Source: Escherichia phage vB_EcoS_ESCO40. Taken from it: 64,000 nt of DNA. The stretch lies in the sequence record NC_106514.1, one strand, 5' to 3'. Each line of letters starts with the position of its first letter. Positions within the stretch are counted from its first letter, which is position 1. Below, piece by piece: positions 33,234 to 43,274 of this stretch. Both the position numbers and the translations under genes were made by a program. Below the pieces are notes generated by a model. It had not been told where the DNA came from and ran no database searches. It saw only the letters and a list, made by a program, of their open reading frames with translations.

Positions 33234-34207
33234 AAATACTCTTTAGTGCTGATCACCATATAAAACTTGGGCAAGATAAAATTCCCAAAGAATGGCAGAA
33301 GAAAAGATTCTTAATGCTGGGAGACCGTCTAAATGATATATTCCATAATCATAACTGTGATTTGCATATTATTGGTGGTGATTTATTTGATCATTCCGAC
33401 CCGTCGTCGGAAGAAGTAGAACTTCTAGAAAAATTTATGTCTAGGCTAGATCATATAGGAATGGTATTTACAGGTAATCATGAATTAATAACTAAAACCA
33501 TTTCGTGCCTATATCATTATGCGGGGGTTATTAACAAAGTAACTAGTGGGAAGTGGGAAGTAATTACCAAACCATATCGTTCCCCTGAATTTGATATTGT
33601 TCCGTATGATGAGATCCATAAATCTAAGTGGAAACCTCCTGTATCAAAACTATGTTTCACGCATGTTCGTGGTGAAATCCCTCCGCATGTAAAACCAGAA
33701 ATTGATCTAACTAAGTACAACTGTTATGATACTGTAATTGCTGGCGATTTACATTCTTATACTAATAGCCAGACTATCGGATCTACTAGACTTCTCTACC
33801 CAGGCTCTCCATTAACTACATCGTTCCATAGAGAACGCACAAAAGGTACAAATGGTTGCTTTATCATTGATACCGACACATTAAAAGTAGAATGGATTGA
33901 ACTAGGTGATTTACCACAACTGATTCGTAAAACAATCGGAGCAGGTGAAGAGATGGAACCTAGTGATTATGATCGTGTAGTCTACGAAGTTACTGGTGAC
34001 GTTGTTCAATTAAAGTCTATTAAAGACTCTGATTTATTAGATAAGAAGATTAACCATCGAGTTACTAAAGATGCTAAGTTAAATCTTGTTGATCTTGATA
34101 TGTTGGGCGAACTTGAACTTTACTTCCGTGAAGTCGAGAAGCTATCTCAAGGCGACATTGATAGAATCTTGGCTAGAGCTGCGAAATATGTCAAAGATTA
34201 CAATTAA
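33230..34207 (+). CDS. SbcD/Mre11-like nuclease subunit
   Basis: calcineurin-type phosphoesterase motifs FSADHH, GGDLFDH, TGNHE. Confidence 0.8.
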   Translation: MKILFSADHHIKLGQDKIPKEWQKKRFLMLGDRLNDIFHNHNCDLHIIGGDLFDHSDPSSEEVELLEKFMSRLDHIGMVFTGNHELITKTISCLYHYAGVINKVTSGKWEVITKPYRSPEFDIVPYDEIHKSKWKPPVSKLCFTHVRGEIPPHVKPEIDLTKYNCYDTVIAGDLHSYTNSQTIGSTRLLYPGSPLTTSFHRERTKGTNGCFIIDTDTLKVEWIELGDLPQLIRKTIGAGEEMEPSDYDRVVYEVTGDVVQLKSIKDSDLLDKKINHRVTKDAKLNLVDLDMLGELELYFREVEKLSQGDIDRILARAAKYVKDYN

Positions 34208-36026
34208 GACACTAAAATTTAGTAACGTTATGTCTTACGGTAAGGACATCGTAATTCATTTCGATAAGAATCCAGTTACTCAACTAATTGGTGGCAATGG
34301 GCTAGGGAAATCCACCATCGCTACGGTTATCGAGGAATTGTTTTATAACAAGAACTCTCGAGGTATCAAGAAGGATGCTCTATTCTCCTGGGCTTCTCCG
34401 AAGAAAGAATACGATATGCACGCTTACTTTTCAAAAGATGATGATGAGTATGAGCTGCATAAAGTTGTCAAGTCAACTGCTAAAGTAACGTTGATTAAGA
34501 ATGGGGAAGATATTAGTGGGCACACGGCAACCCAAACATACAAGATGATTGAAGAGATTATGGGTGGTGACTTTCAAACATTCACCAAACTGATTTATCA
34601 ATCAGTGGGTTCTAATCTAGATTTTCTAAAAGCAACAGATGCAACACGTAAGGCTTTTCTTGTTAACTTGTTCAATCAGGAACAATACAAAGAAATGTCG
34701 GAAACTATTAAGGCCGACCGTAAAGAAATAGCAAATACCTTAAATAATTTGCAGGGCCAAATGGCTGTAATTACGAAAATCCTTAATGGAAAAAATAATC
34801 TAGGAACTTTGCAGGAACCTGTAGAGGTGCCGGAGTTTGATGAAGAGCCATTAGCGCAAGAACTTACTGAATCGAAAATTAAGGCGGCATTAGCCAAGTC
34901 TCAAGAGGCTAATATTACTAAGTTGCGTAATTTGGACAAAGCTGTACAAGTTGCCGAACAATCTTTCGAACCTTTCAAAAATTTGCCCGCGCCCACCGAC
35001 CAAAATGAAGAGATCTCGAGTGTTACGCGTGACCTAACGATTGTGACCTCACGTGCGAGCGAAGTTAAGAAACGTTATCAGAAGTTCAAGCAAGAGGCTT
35101 CGAATACTGAATGCCCTACTTGCGGTACTCATCTAGATACAACTGCTGCTCAAAAAGCAATGGATATGGCTAGAGTAGAATATGATCCTCTGTTCAAAGA
35201 GAAGCAATCTCTTGAAGCTAAGCTAGAACAGTTGAAGAAAGAACAACTTGAGTACGTTGCGTATACTAGAGCAAAAGATGCTCTTGATAAAGCGGTGGTA
35301 GCTAGAGACGAGTTCAAAAATTCAATGAGTGATGCTTCTTTTGAAGAACTCAATGTGCAAATCCTACAGGTGCAAATCCGACAATTAGAACAGGCAATCG
35401 CTGATGGACGTTCTAAGGTTGCAATTGCCAAAGAGCATAATGCAAATGTAGAATTAGCCAATGCAAAATATAAAGCAAAGTTAGAACAGATTGAGAAAGC
35501 AGAAGCAGAAATGACTGAGATTACTTCCAAACTGAATGGAGTAGCCGAAGCTGTAGCTGATCTTGATATTCTAATTGCTGCTTTGAAAAATCTGGTGGGG
35601 TATAAACTAGAGCATAGTGTGAAAGTATTTGAAGAACTAATTAATAAATACCTTTCCATTATGACTGGAGGTAAATTCGCACTTGGATTTGAACTGGATG
35701 AAACGAAGTTACAAGTAGTAATCTTCAATGATGGAAACCGTACCAGTATGGAGAACTGCTCTACTGGTCAGCAAAGTCGAATTAATCTAGCAACCCTGTT
35801 AGCTATTCGGATGCTGTTAACATCTATTAGTAAAGTTAATATTAATCTTCTATTCCTTGATGAAGTAATTAGCTTTATTGATACGAAAGGACTTGATACT
35901 CTCGTTGAACTATTAAATGAGGAAGAAAGTCTAAATTCTATCATTGTTTCTCATGGGCATACGCATCCATTAGCTCATAAGATTACTGTCAAAAAAGATG
36001 CAGAAGGATTTTCCTACTTAGAATAA
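34188..36026 (+). CDS. SbcC/Rad50-like ATPase subunit
   Basis: Walker A GGNGLGKSTI, zinc-hook CPTCG within long coiled coil, signature CSTGQQSRIN, Walker B LLFLDEV; ATG 34188 (MSKITIKTLKF) used instead of ORF-track 34086. Confidence 0.8.
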   Translation: MSKITIKTLKFSNVMSYGKDIVIHFDKNPVTQLIGGNGLGKSTIATVIEELFYNKNSRGIKKDALFSWASPKKEYDMHAYFSKDDDEYELHKVVKSTAKVTLIKNGEDISGHTATQTYKMIEEIMGGDFQTFTKLIYQSVGSNLDFLKATDATRKAFLVNLFNQEQYKEMSETIKADRKEIANTLNNLQGQMAVITKILNGKNNLGTLQEPVEVPEFDEEPLAQELTESKIKAALAKSQEANITKLRNLDKAVQVAEQSFEPFKNLPAPTDQNEEISSVTRDLTIVTSRASEVKKRYQKFKQEASNTECPTCGTHLDTTAAQKAMDMARVEYDPLFKEKQSLEAKLEQLKKEQLEYVAYTRAKDALDKAVVARDEFKNSMSDASFEELNVQILQVQIRQLEQAIADGRSKVAIAKEHNANVELANAKYKAKLEQIEKAEAEMTEITSKLNGVAEAVADLDILIAALKNLVGYKLEHSVKVFEELINKYLSIMTGGKFALGFELDETKLQVVIFNDGNRTSMENCSTGQQSRINLATLLAIRMLLTSISKVNINLLFLDEVISFIDTKGLDTLVELLNEEESLNSIIVSHGHTHPLAHKITVKKDAEGFSYLE

Positions 36027-36029
36027 AAC

Positions 36030-36512
36030 ATGGCTGTAGATAGTAGAGAGAAAGGTAAACGTGGTGAATATCAGGTAAGAGATATTTTACGTGAGCGTAC
36101 AGGTCTTGAGTGGGAACGTGTTCCTGGCTCTGGTGCTTTTGGCCAGAGCCACGGACTGAAAGGTGACATCTACCTTCCACCACAAAGCGGACACATTAGT
36201 AAATACTGCTTCGAAGTTAAGTGGTATAAAGATGATAATATATCAAGTAATTTATTTAATGTTGGTGAATCCACTCTAGAGAAGTGGTGGCAGCAGTGTT
36301 CACGTGAAGGTGAGCAGATGAACTCCAAACCTGCATTAATATTCAAAAAAGACAGAGGACAGTGGTTAATAGCTTTGGATAGCTCAGACCCGATGGTTGA
36401 CAACTTAATGAGTCGTACCCATATGGTCTTAAATAAGAAAGGCATGGAAATCGTAATCGGTTTATTTGAGCCGTGGCTACATAATGCATCTGTTGAGGAC
36501 TTAATTAAATAA
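36030..36512 (+). CDS. putative PD-(D/E)xK-type recombination endonuclease / resolvase-like protein
   Basis: 160-aa ORF; GEYQVRDIL...KGDIY...FEVKW pattern resembles Hjc-type nuclease core; position next to the SbcCD pair. Confidence 0.4.
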   Translation: MAVDSREKGKRGEYQVRDILRERTGLEWERVPGSGAFGQSHGLKGDIYLPPQSGHISKYCFEVKWYKDDNISSNLFNVGESTLEKWWQQCSREGEQMNSKPALIFKKDRGQWLIALDSSDPMVDNLMSRTHMVLNKKGMEIVIGLFEPWLHNASVEDLIK

Positions 36513-37387
36513 TGAGTAAATCCTGGGGAAAATTTATTGAAGAAGAGGAAGCTGAAATGGCTTCCCGTCGTAACCTAATGATTGTCGATGGAACTAACTT
36601 AGGCTTTCGCTTCAAACATAACAACAGTAAAAAACCATTTGCCTCAAGTTATGTTTCAACTATTCAATCTCTGGCAAAATCCTACTCTGCAAGAACCACG
36701 ATTGTTTTAGGCGATAAAGGGAAGTCTGCATTTCGCCTAGAGCATCTTCCGGAGTATAAAGGGAATCGAGACGAGAAATACTCTCAGCGTACGGAAGAGG
36801 AGAAAGCGTTAGATGAGCAGTTCTTCGAGTATTTGAAAGATGCTTTCGAACTATGTGAAACTACATTCCCAACCTTCACTATTCGTGGCGTAGAAGCAGA
36901 TGATATGGCAGCTTATATTGTTAAGCTCATCGGGCATCTATATGATCACGTTTGGTTGATTTCTACTGACGGTGACTGGGATACCTTATTAACTGATAAA
37001 GTTTCTCGCTTCTCTTTCACAACACGTCGTGAATATCATCTTCGTGATATGTACGAGCATCATAATGTTGACGATGTAGAGCAGTTTATCTCTCTGAAAG
37101 CAATTATGGGTGATTTAGGGGATAATATCCGAGGTGTTGAAGGTATCGGGGCAAAACGCGGGTATAACATTATTCGTGAATTCGGTAACGTTCTGGATAT
37201 TATTGATCAGCTTCCATTGCCTGGAAAACAGAAATATATACAGAATTTAAATGCTTCGGAAGAGTTGCTTTATCGAAACCTAATTCTGGTTGATTTACCT
37301 ACCTACTGCGTGGATGCTATTGCTGCTGTAGGTCAAGATGTATTAGATAAGTTCACAAAAGATATTTTGGAGATTGCAGAACAATGA
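36512..37387 (+). CDS. D15: flap endonuclease / 5'-3' exonuclease
   Basis: 291 aa; N-terminal NLMIVDGTNLGFRF and acidic clusters typical of FEN-family nucleases; matches the size of T5 D15. Confidence 0.8.
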   Translation: MSKSWGKFIEEEEAEMASRRNLMIVDGTNLGFRFKHNNSKKPFASSYVSTIQSLAKSYSARTTIVLGDKGKSAFRLEHLPEYKGNRDEKYSQRTEEEKALDEQFFEYLKDAFELCETTFPTFTIRGVEADDMAAYIVKLIGHLYDHVWLISTDGDWDTLLTDKVSRFSFTTRREYHLRDMYEHHNVDDVEQFISLKAIMGDLGDNIRGVEGIGAKRGYNIIREFGNVLDIIDQLPLPGKQKYIQNLNASEELLYRNLILVDLPTYCVDAIAAVGQDVLDKFTKDILEIAEQ

Positions 37388-37830
37388 TTAAAATTAAATT
37401 AACTCACCCAGATTGTATGCCTAAGATTGGTTCCGAAGATGCCGCAGGTATGGATCTGCGAGCATTCTTTGGTACAAACCCTGCCGCAGATTTACGTGCT
37501 ATTGCGCCAGGCAAATCCCTAATGATTGACACCGGTGTCGCGGTAGAAATTCCGCGAGGTTGGTTCGGTTTGGTGGTTCCTCGCAGCTCTTTAGGTAAGC
37601 GCCATTTGATGATTGCAAACACCGCTGGAGTGATCGACTCAGACTATCGTGGTACTATTAAGATGAACCTTTATAACTACGGTTCTGAAATTCAAACTCT
37701 GGAGAATTTTGAAAGACTTTGCCAGTTAGTGGTACTACCGCATTACTCAACCCATAATTTTAAAATCGTTGATGAACTAGGGGAGACTGATCGTGGAGAG
37801 GGTGGATTTGGAAGTTCAGGAAGCAAATAA
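37384..37830 (+). CDS. dut: dUTPase
   Basis: motifs AGMDLRA, VVPRSSLG, GVIDSDYRG, RGEGGFGSSG. Confidence 0.9.
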   Translation: MIKIKLTHPDCMPKIGSEDAAGMDLRAFFGTNPAADLRAIAPGKSLMIDTGVAVEIPRGWFGLVVPRSSLGKRHLMIANTAGVIDSDYRGTIKMNLYNYGSEIQTLENFERLCQLVVLPHYSTHNFKIVDELGETDRGEGGFGSSGSK

Positions 37831-38056
37831 TTTTACTGATCCTAATATGGTAGGTATTGATACTAATGTGTCAACTTATCAGACTAAAACTACAGAACCG
37901 GAAAGATTTGTACTAAAAACAGACAAAGAAGGTAATGTTACTTTCTGGGATCCTGAAGGTTTTGTAGAGCTTTGTACTAATACAGATAATGAGCAGTTAA
38001 AATTACTATTAACTATTTATAATCTTGGTATTATAGAAGGTTGTAGAAGAGAATAG
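37793..38056 (+). CDS. hypothetical small protein
   Basis: 87-aa ORF, GTG start with GGGGAG site inside the dut 3' end; followed by a terminator. Confidence 0.35.
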   Translation: MERVDLEVQEANNFTDPNMVGIDTNVSTYQTKTTEPERFVLKTDKEGNVTFWDPEGFVELCTNTDNEQLKLLLTIYNLGIIEGCRRE

Positions 38057-38062
38057 TAGAGA

Positions 38063-38098
38063 AAACCCCAGTGGACAAAATCCGCTGGGGTTTCTTAT
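38063..38098 (+). terminator. terminator-like stem-loop closing the early plus-strand block
   Basis: AAACCCCA / TGGGGTTT 8-bp stem with internal loop, then CTTATTA. Confidence 0.5.
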
Positions 38099-38441
38099 TA
38101 TGATATTAGCTTATTAGCTAATATTTTTAGTTTGTCCCTATTTGAGTGGGTTATTTAGATGTTTTTAGTGCCACTATCCCTGCCCCCAAATCCTACGTTT
38201 GTTTACTTAGATACTAGACAAATCCTAGTAGACCACAAGGGTTGGGGCCTACTAAAGGCCTATCTCTATCCTACCAGTATCACGAGTGTCCTTTTAAGCT
38301 CCATTGCTATATTTGGTATATTAAGATGCTATACCCTCCCGTTGGCAATAACACCGAAGTTGGTAGGACTATGTACGCACAACATCAGAATAGGGTAGAA
38401 AATTCTACATCTGCAGAATTTTTAGAGGAATCCAGGTGGCG

Positions 38442-40121
38442 TTACTTCTGTACCATTAGATTGACCAGTTCTCTGAGTTCAGCCAATTCAGCTTTCATCT
38501 CAGCCAACTCCCTATCCTGCTCCTGTACCACTGCCACGATATCTGCTAGTATCGCACGATCGTTCAGGTTGAGCATTCCAGACATGCTACCGGAAAACGC
38601 GTAAATCTCATCCGCTTCTTTAGCTTCCTGAGCAACAAATCCGCGATCTTTGCGCCCATCTGATAGCCATTCAAACTCACGCGCAACAAGGCGGTTAATA
38701 CGGTCACGTGGGGTGTTGCCTTCCGTATTGGTGGTGTCTGTGATCTTGTCTTTGAGGCGACGATCTGAACCGCCAGGTTGGATAAGGCCTAAATTAGTGT
38801 CGATACATGAATTTTCCCATTTAAACGCCCAATATTTATTACCTCCTACGGCTCTATTAATATTTAGTTGTACGGCTCTAAATTGTGTATTACCTTCACG
38901 TATGCCACCAAATTCCCACCTATCGTCATACCAATGACCACGAATAATATTTACATAGGTATTACCTTCGCTACTAGGAGTAACATTGAAAAACTCGATG
39001 GCATTGGGTTCTCCTGTATTACCTACGAAAAAACCACCTCTCCCTGGTACTGTTACCACACCAATTGAGTTAACAGACATTACCTCCCGCAACGTACCTT
39101 CTTGTCCTTTTACTTCTAGTGCAGAATAAAAATCTGTCCCAAAAAGAATCTTGGTACGCAATTGTGAGACATATGCTTCCGCGCCAGCAATATTGTATAC
39201 AGATCGCACAGCACCGCCATAGGCCATTACGCCGTTAGATGGACTTGTCGCATCACCATTAATAACACTCCACGAGGTATTCGCAGCCACGAACCCCCCA
39301 GAAGCACGGATTACCCAGACGCCGACAAAGTTTCGTGTAAGGATTTCGTCCCTTGATGCCCCGTAGATAGGGCTTGAGCGTGAGGCGTCAAAATTTAATG
39401 TATTATAGCGCCCAGCTACTGCAATATTTCCTGTACTTGGAATTGCATCCCCATCCCCATTAGGAAAAATCGCATTATCAACAAAGAAAGCACCGCTAGC
39501 AGCAGAACCAAATACCTGAGCGTAACTACCCCCTGAGTAACTAGGAACAGCAGCAGTAATATTAGGCGCAGCGGATTCAAATAGCTGGCCATTTGCACCA
39601 CTATTCCCACCATCACCACGACCGTAGAGAGCACGTATTGATCCTTGTTGCACACCGTTCCTATCTGGCACACGGAAAGTAGTTGTACCGTCACCCAATG
39701 AGTATCTGCCACGCTGAAATTTATCTGCTAACCAAACTGAATCATCTATAGCCCCAACCATTTGTGCATACGCCCAAAGTTCAGGCCAGTCAGCCCTATT
39801 AAGAAGCTGTCCGTCAGAAACGACTTCGTATGGTTGAATATACGCACGACTATCTCGAAGGTGGAAATCACCAACACCGTAATTCATAACACCATTCATA
39901 GTGGGACCGACTGTACCGGTGTTAATCTTATTCTCTACCCAACGTTTAGTTGCGGCATCATAGTCCCCAACAGGATCCCCCGCAAGAGGGGTGGACCCAA
40001 TAGGACGCACATTTAACCATGCTGCTGCACGGTCTGCAAGATCGGATAAATTGTTGTTTTTATCCATCTTTTCGTCTTTAAGTTTTGTAATATCCTGGGG
40101 GATATTAGTATAAGTAGTCAT
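38442..40121 (-). CDS. distal tail-fibre protein with C-terminal intramolecular chaperone (S74-like) domain
   Basis: 559 aa; N-terminal NNLSDLADRAAAWLNV fibre-attachment-like motif; C-terminal ...GGSDRRLKDKI... chaperone-type domain with coiled-coil end; strong AAGAGGTGA site. Confidence 0.7.
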   Translation of the reverse strand: MTTYTNIPQDITKLKDEKMDKNNNLSDLADRAAAWLNVRPIGSTPLAGDPVGDYDAATKRWVENKINTGTVGPTMNGVMNYGVGDFHLRDSRAYIQPYEVVSDGQLLNRADWPELWAYAQMVGAIDDSVWLADKFQRGRYSLGDGTTTFRVPDRNGVQQGSIRALYGRGDGGNSGANGQLFESAAPNITAAVPSYSGGSYAQVFGSAASGAFFVDNAIFPNGDGDAIPSTGNIAVAGRYNTLNFDASRSSPIYGASRDEILTRNFVGVWVIRASGGFVAANTSWSVINGDATSPSNGVMAYGGAVRSVYNIAGAEAYVSQLRTKILFGTDFYSALEVKGQEGTLREVMSVNSIGVVTVPGRGGFFVGNTGEPNAIEFFNVTPSSEGNTYVNIIRGHWYDDRWEFGGIREGNTQFRAVQLNINRAVGGNKYWAFKWENSCIDTNLGLIQPGGSDRRLKDKITDTTNTEGNTPRDRINRLVAREFEWLSDGRKDRGFVAQEAKEADEIYAFSGSMSGMLNLNDRAILADIVAVVQEQDRELAEMKAELAELRELVNLMVQK

Positions 40122-40131
40122 TGATCACCTC

Positions 40132-40398
40132 TTATGCCCATTTGCGTACATCAGGATTCTTAATAATGAATTGTTCGATGTCTGACAAGTCTATATTATC
40201 TCCTACTATCCTTATATTTATGTAATAACCTTCTTTACCAATAATAGCAGGGGTTTTACTTTTAGGGTCGTCTACCACAGGGATAAAACCAATTTCATCT
40301 ATAAACACGTTACCGTAGTTTGTCTTAAGCCACCCACTATCAACGACAACATCCAGATAATGTTTTTCATCCTTGAATTGTAAATTAATATCTTTCAC
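40132..40398 (-). CDS. hypothetical 88-aa protein between the two fibre genes
   Basis: in frame with the upstream 815-aa ORF and separated by a single TAA; GTG start immediately after that stop, GGGAGA 8 nt upstream. Confidence 0.35.
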   Translation of the reverse strand: MKDINLQFKDEKHYLDVVVDSGWLKTNYGNVFIDEIGFIPVVDDPKSKTPAIIGKEGYYINIRIVGDNIDLSDIEQFIIKNPDVRKWA

Positions 40399-42846
40399 TT
40401 AAACTTTCTCCCGCATTTGACTATCTGTTAATACTCTATTCCATATTCTAAGGTTACGAATATGACCATACAATTTAGTTGAATCTGAAAGTCTACCGCC
40501 TATTTCTACTAGTGCGTCCGCGTCCGTTCCTTTCCATGTAAAACCGTGTGAGGTCTCACCCCTATTACCATTAACAAACGAGGTGACCTCTACATCGCCA
40601 CGGAGAATAAAACCAAATACATGTGGAGAAAATTGTTTTTCAAATGAATAACCTCTGGACAGTATAGTTGATCCATCCTCAGTTACCACATACGTGTAAG
40701 GTGTAACGGAGGTTCTGTCAAATTCCGCAACAAATGCTTTTCCTCTTACGAAGTAGTGGTTGTTATCCACTATCATTGGGTATATATTATCTAAGTGAAA
40801 GCTATCCCAGTTAACACTTACCTCAGCAAGTAATGAAATATTTGTCCCGAAGAAATTATTCCTTGCTGGTATAGTAACATAGTCTAGAGCCCTTGTTGCA
40901 GGCGTGCTTCCCGTAATAATGAAGGAGGATGCACAAAAACCCTTTTCAAATTGCGGGTTACAAAATGATATTTCATCCCCAACTTGTAAAGGCTGACCAT
41001 CCACCCGACAATAATTCACCGAACCAATAGAATTTCCGCCAATCTCCACAAATTTACACATAGCTTCAACTTTCAACCATCCGTTGTCTTCTCTATATAT
41101 TCTATGTGCTATAGTCCCGCTCCCTTCTACTACAGAAGAAATTTCGCCGGTTCCGCAACTTATGACAGATCTAGCGCCGAGAATAAGTCCTCCGTCCTCA
41201 CCTACTAAATAAAATTGAGGGGTAATATAGATATCCTGGCCTGCTTTTACTCGTATGGATAAAGAGACATATTCATTTTTCTGACAGTTAATCGCATTTG
41301 CTGTTTCACAATAAAATAGGTTTGGCGTATCACCTTGACCATTTTGGTTTACAGTTGCCGTTGTGTATGTAAAACCATACTTATCAACACCATATGTAAC
41401 ATCGATACGATGTCTATCCGTATTTAAAGAAGCCGGGTCGTTACTGAAAGTAATGTGATTTGTCCTCTGCCCTTCAATCAAGAGTCCTTGCTTTTCAAAT
41501 CTAGGCTCATCGATATTGGCAATACAAAACTCACCGTGTTTGTTTATATATGTTGCATTTGATGCGCGGGAGAAACTGACAACCTTATCCGAGGGCATTG
41601 TAATAACATCTTCACCAACTGTTATTTTCTTGTATCCTGGCGAGTAACCTGCAAGCATATCAAGCGAGTCATTAAAGGGAATCCATACGTCAGGGAATGG
41701 TTGAAGATCCGGAGCCCTGTTAGCTGCAATTTCCGCACGGTCTGCTTCTGCTTTTGCACGGTCTGCCTCTACTTTAGAGCTATTTGCACTACCAGCAGCA
41801 TTGCTAGCTTGTTGCCCGGCCTCAACAGCACTATTACCTGCTTGTGTAGCAGAAGCAGCAGCTTGGTTTTTTAAAGTTGTTGTCTCAGATACCGCGCTAT
41901 CCTTAATACCTTGTGTATCTGTTTTTAATTGCTCAACCTCTGCTTTTAAAGCTGTTGTCTCTGTTACAGCACTATTTTTAATGGCCTGGGTATCAGATTT
42001 TAACTGTTCGACATCCGCTTTTAAAGCTGTTGTCTCTGTTATAGCACTATTTTTAATGGCCTGGGTATCAGATTTTAATTGTTCAACATCTGATTTAAGT
42101 CCTTGAATAGTAGTTACAGATTGGTTGGCGGAGGCTGCAGACCCTGCCGCATTAGTTTCGCTAGCCTTAGCTTTTGTTTCCGAGGTTTTTGCATTGGTTT
42201 CAGAGATTTTTGCCGCAGATGCCGATGCAGCAGCTTGCCCAGAAAATATTTCCGCCTCATTCCTAAAACCGCTAGAATCAGCTGCTGATTGAGCTGCATT
42301 AGTCTCACTGACCTTTGCATTACCCTCGCTAAGTTTTGCATCAGTAGCTGATTGAGCTGCATTAGTCTCACTTGCCTTTGCATTAGTCTCACTAATTTTT
42401 GCAGCAGCAGCTGATGCGTCAGCATTAGTTTCACTAGTCTTCGCATTAGTTTCACTAGTCTTCGCATTAGTTTCACTAGTCTTCGCATTAGTCTCGGATA
42501 TTTTAGCTGCGGCAGCGGACTCTGCAGACTTATTGGCTGACGCTGCGGACTGAGTAGCAGAGGTAGCAGACTGAGTAGCAGAAGCTTCTGAAGCTCCAGC
42601 AGAAATAGCAGCTTCCTGTTCAGAGTTCTTAGCATTAAGCTCTGAAGTCTTAGCTGCTATTTCAGAATCTTTTGCAGCCGCAGCAGACTTAGCAGCGGCC
42701 TCTATAGAGGATACTAACTCATTAGCAGTAATAGAGCTAATAGAATTTCCAAGAGTTACTGTGTATCTAGGAAATTTACTAGCAGTAGCTTTAGTATCAT
42801 CAATATTTAATATTTGTTGTACAATAATCTTAGTAGTTATTGCCAT
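40399..42846 (-). CDS. ltf: proximal L-shaped tail-fibre protein (LtfA-like) with Ala/Ser/Thr-rich tandem repeats
   Basis: 815 aa; repeated SETNAKT heptads and three ~25-aa repeats (DVEQLKSDTQAIKNSA.TETTALKA); position after the baseplate genes. Confidence 0.65.
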   Translation of the reverse strand: MAITTKIIVQQILNIDDTKATASKFPRYTVTLGNSISSITANELVSSIEAAAKSAAAAKDSEIAAKTSELNAKNSEQEAAISAGASEASATQSATSATQSAASANKSAESAAAAKISETNAKTSETNAKTSETNAKTSETNADASAAAAKISETNAKASETNAAQSATDAKLSEGNAKVSETNAAQSAADSSGFRNEAEIFSGQAAASASAAKISETNAKTSETKAKASETNAAGSAASANQSVTTIQGLKSDVEQLKSDTQAIKNSAITETTALKADVEQLKSDTQAIKNSAVTETTALKAEVEQLKTDTQGIKDSAVSETTTLKNQAAASATQAGNSAVEAGQQASNAAGSANSSKVEADRAKAEADRAEIAANRAPDLQPFPDVWIPFNDSLDMLAGYSPGYKKITVGEDVITMPSDKVVSFSRASNATYINKHGEFCIANIDEPRFEKQGLLIEGQRTNHITFSNDPASLNTDRHRIDVTYGVDKYGFTYTTATVNQNGQGDTPNLFYCETANAINCQKNEYVSLSIRVKAGQDIYITPQFYLVGEDGGLILGARSVISCGTGEISSVVEGSGTIAHRIYREDNGWLKVEAMCKFVEIGGNSIGSVNYCRVDGQPLQVGDEISFCNPQFEKGFCASSFIITGSTPATRALDYVTIPARNNFFGTNISLLAEVSVNWDSFHLDNIYPMIVDNNHYFVRGKAFVAEFDRTSVTPYTYVVTEDGSTILSRGYSFEKQFSPHVFGFILRGDVEVTSFVNGNRGETSHGFTWKGTDADALVEIGGRLSDSTKLYGHIRNLRIWNRVLTDSQMREKV
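41867..42091. repeat. tandem 75-bp direct repeats (about 3 copies) inside the fibre gene
   Basis: GCTTTTAAAGCTGTTGTCTCTGTTA(C/T)AGCACTATTTTTAATGGCCTGGGTATCAGATTTTAA... repeated with period 75. Confidence 0.8.
42422..42484. repeat. tandem 21-bp direct repeats (3 copies) inside the fibre gene
   Basis: GCATTAGTTTCACTAGTCTTC x3, encoding (T)SETNAK heptads. Confidence 0.85.
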
Positions 42847-43268
42847 TATCTAGTTACCCCATCACTGATAAATACTTTACCCTCCATTATACGAAAAGAG
42901 CTAATAGCTGATCCTATGACATCTCGTGTCATAATTATATCATAGTATCCTGCAAAACGTTGGCGAGGGTTATACTTATCTCTCTCTTTGGTAGCTTTTT
43001 CACCAATATTATCTACCGCCTCTACAGGTAAACTTATAGCTATGGCACCCTGAGCAGCATCAATAATTTTAGTAGTAAAAGATGCCAAAGTTTCCGCATT
43101 CTCATCAAGCCCGGCCTTTATAGTACCCCTTAGGGAATACCCTGTTAAGTTAACAGGGGTATTTGTAGGTGGATAAGTACTATCATCAACATCTAAGAAT
43201 TGCATCATTAGACCATAAGGTACTTTCTCATCTATCACTAAGTCTATAACTCTATTTTCAGTACTCAT
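42846..43268 (-). CDS. small tail-tip/collar protein
   Basis: 140-aa ORF between pb4-like and fibre genes; size and position match the T5 collar protein. Confidence 0.5.
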   Translation of the reverse strand: MSTENRVIDLVIDEKVPYGLMMQFLDVDDSTYPPTNTPVNLTGYSLRGTIKAGLDENAETLASFTTKIIDAAQGAIAISLPVEAVDNIGEKATKERDKYNPRQRFAGYYDIIMTRDVIGSAISSFRIMEGKVFISDGVTR

Positions 43269-43274
43269 TATTTA

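Noticed and set aside
35150-35728. 192-aa minus-strand ORF inside the SbcC-like gene
   Set aside because: Antisense to a well-supported coding region; low-complexity Ser/Ala product typical of reverse-frame coiled-coil DNA.
37831-38441. Apparent absence of a receptor-binding protein / lytic-conversion lipoprotein pair near the fibre genes
   Set aside because: I cannot recall with confidence where these genes sit in T5-type genomes, so their absence here cannot be called an anomaly without the full genome.
38159-38604. Plus-strand ORFs 38159-38398 and 38242-38604 in the convergent junction
   Set aside because: No ribosome sites, overlap each other and the fibre gene 3' end, hydrophobic low-complexity products; judged non-coding.
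41801-42635. ORFs 41801-42106 (+), 42103-42288 (+) and 42114-42635 (-) inside the fibre gene
   Set aside because: They are alternative-frame readings of the tandem-repeat region (low-complexity Leu/Arg or Ala/Cys-rich products), an artefact of the repeats.
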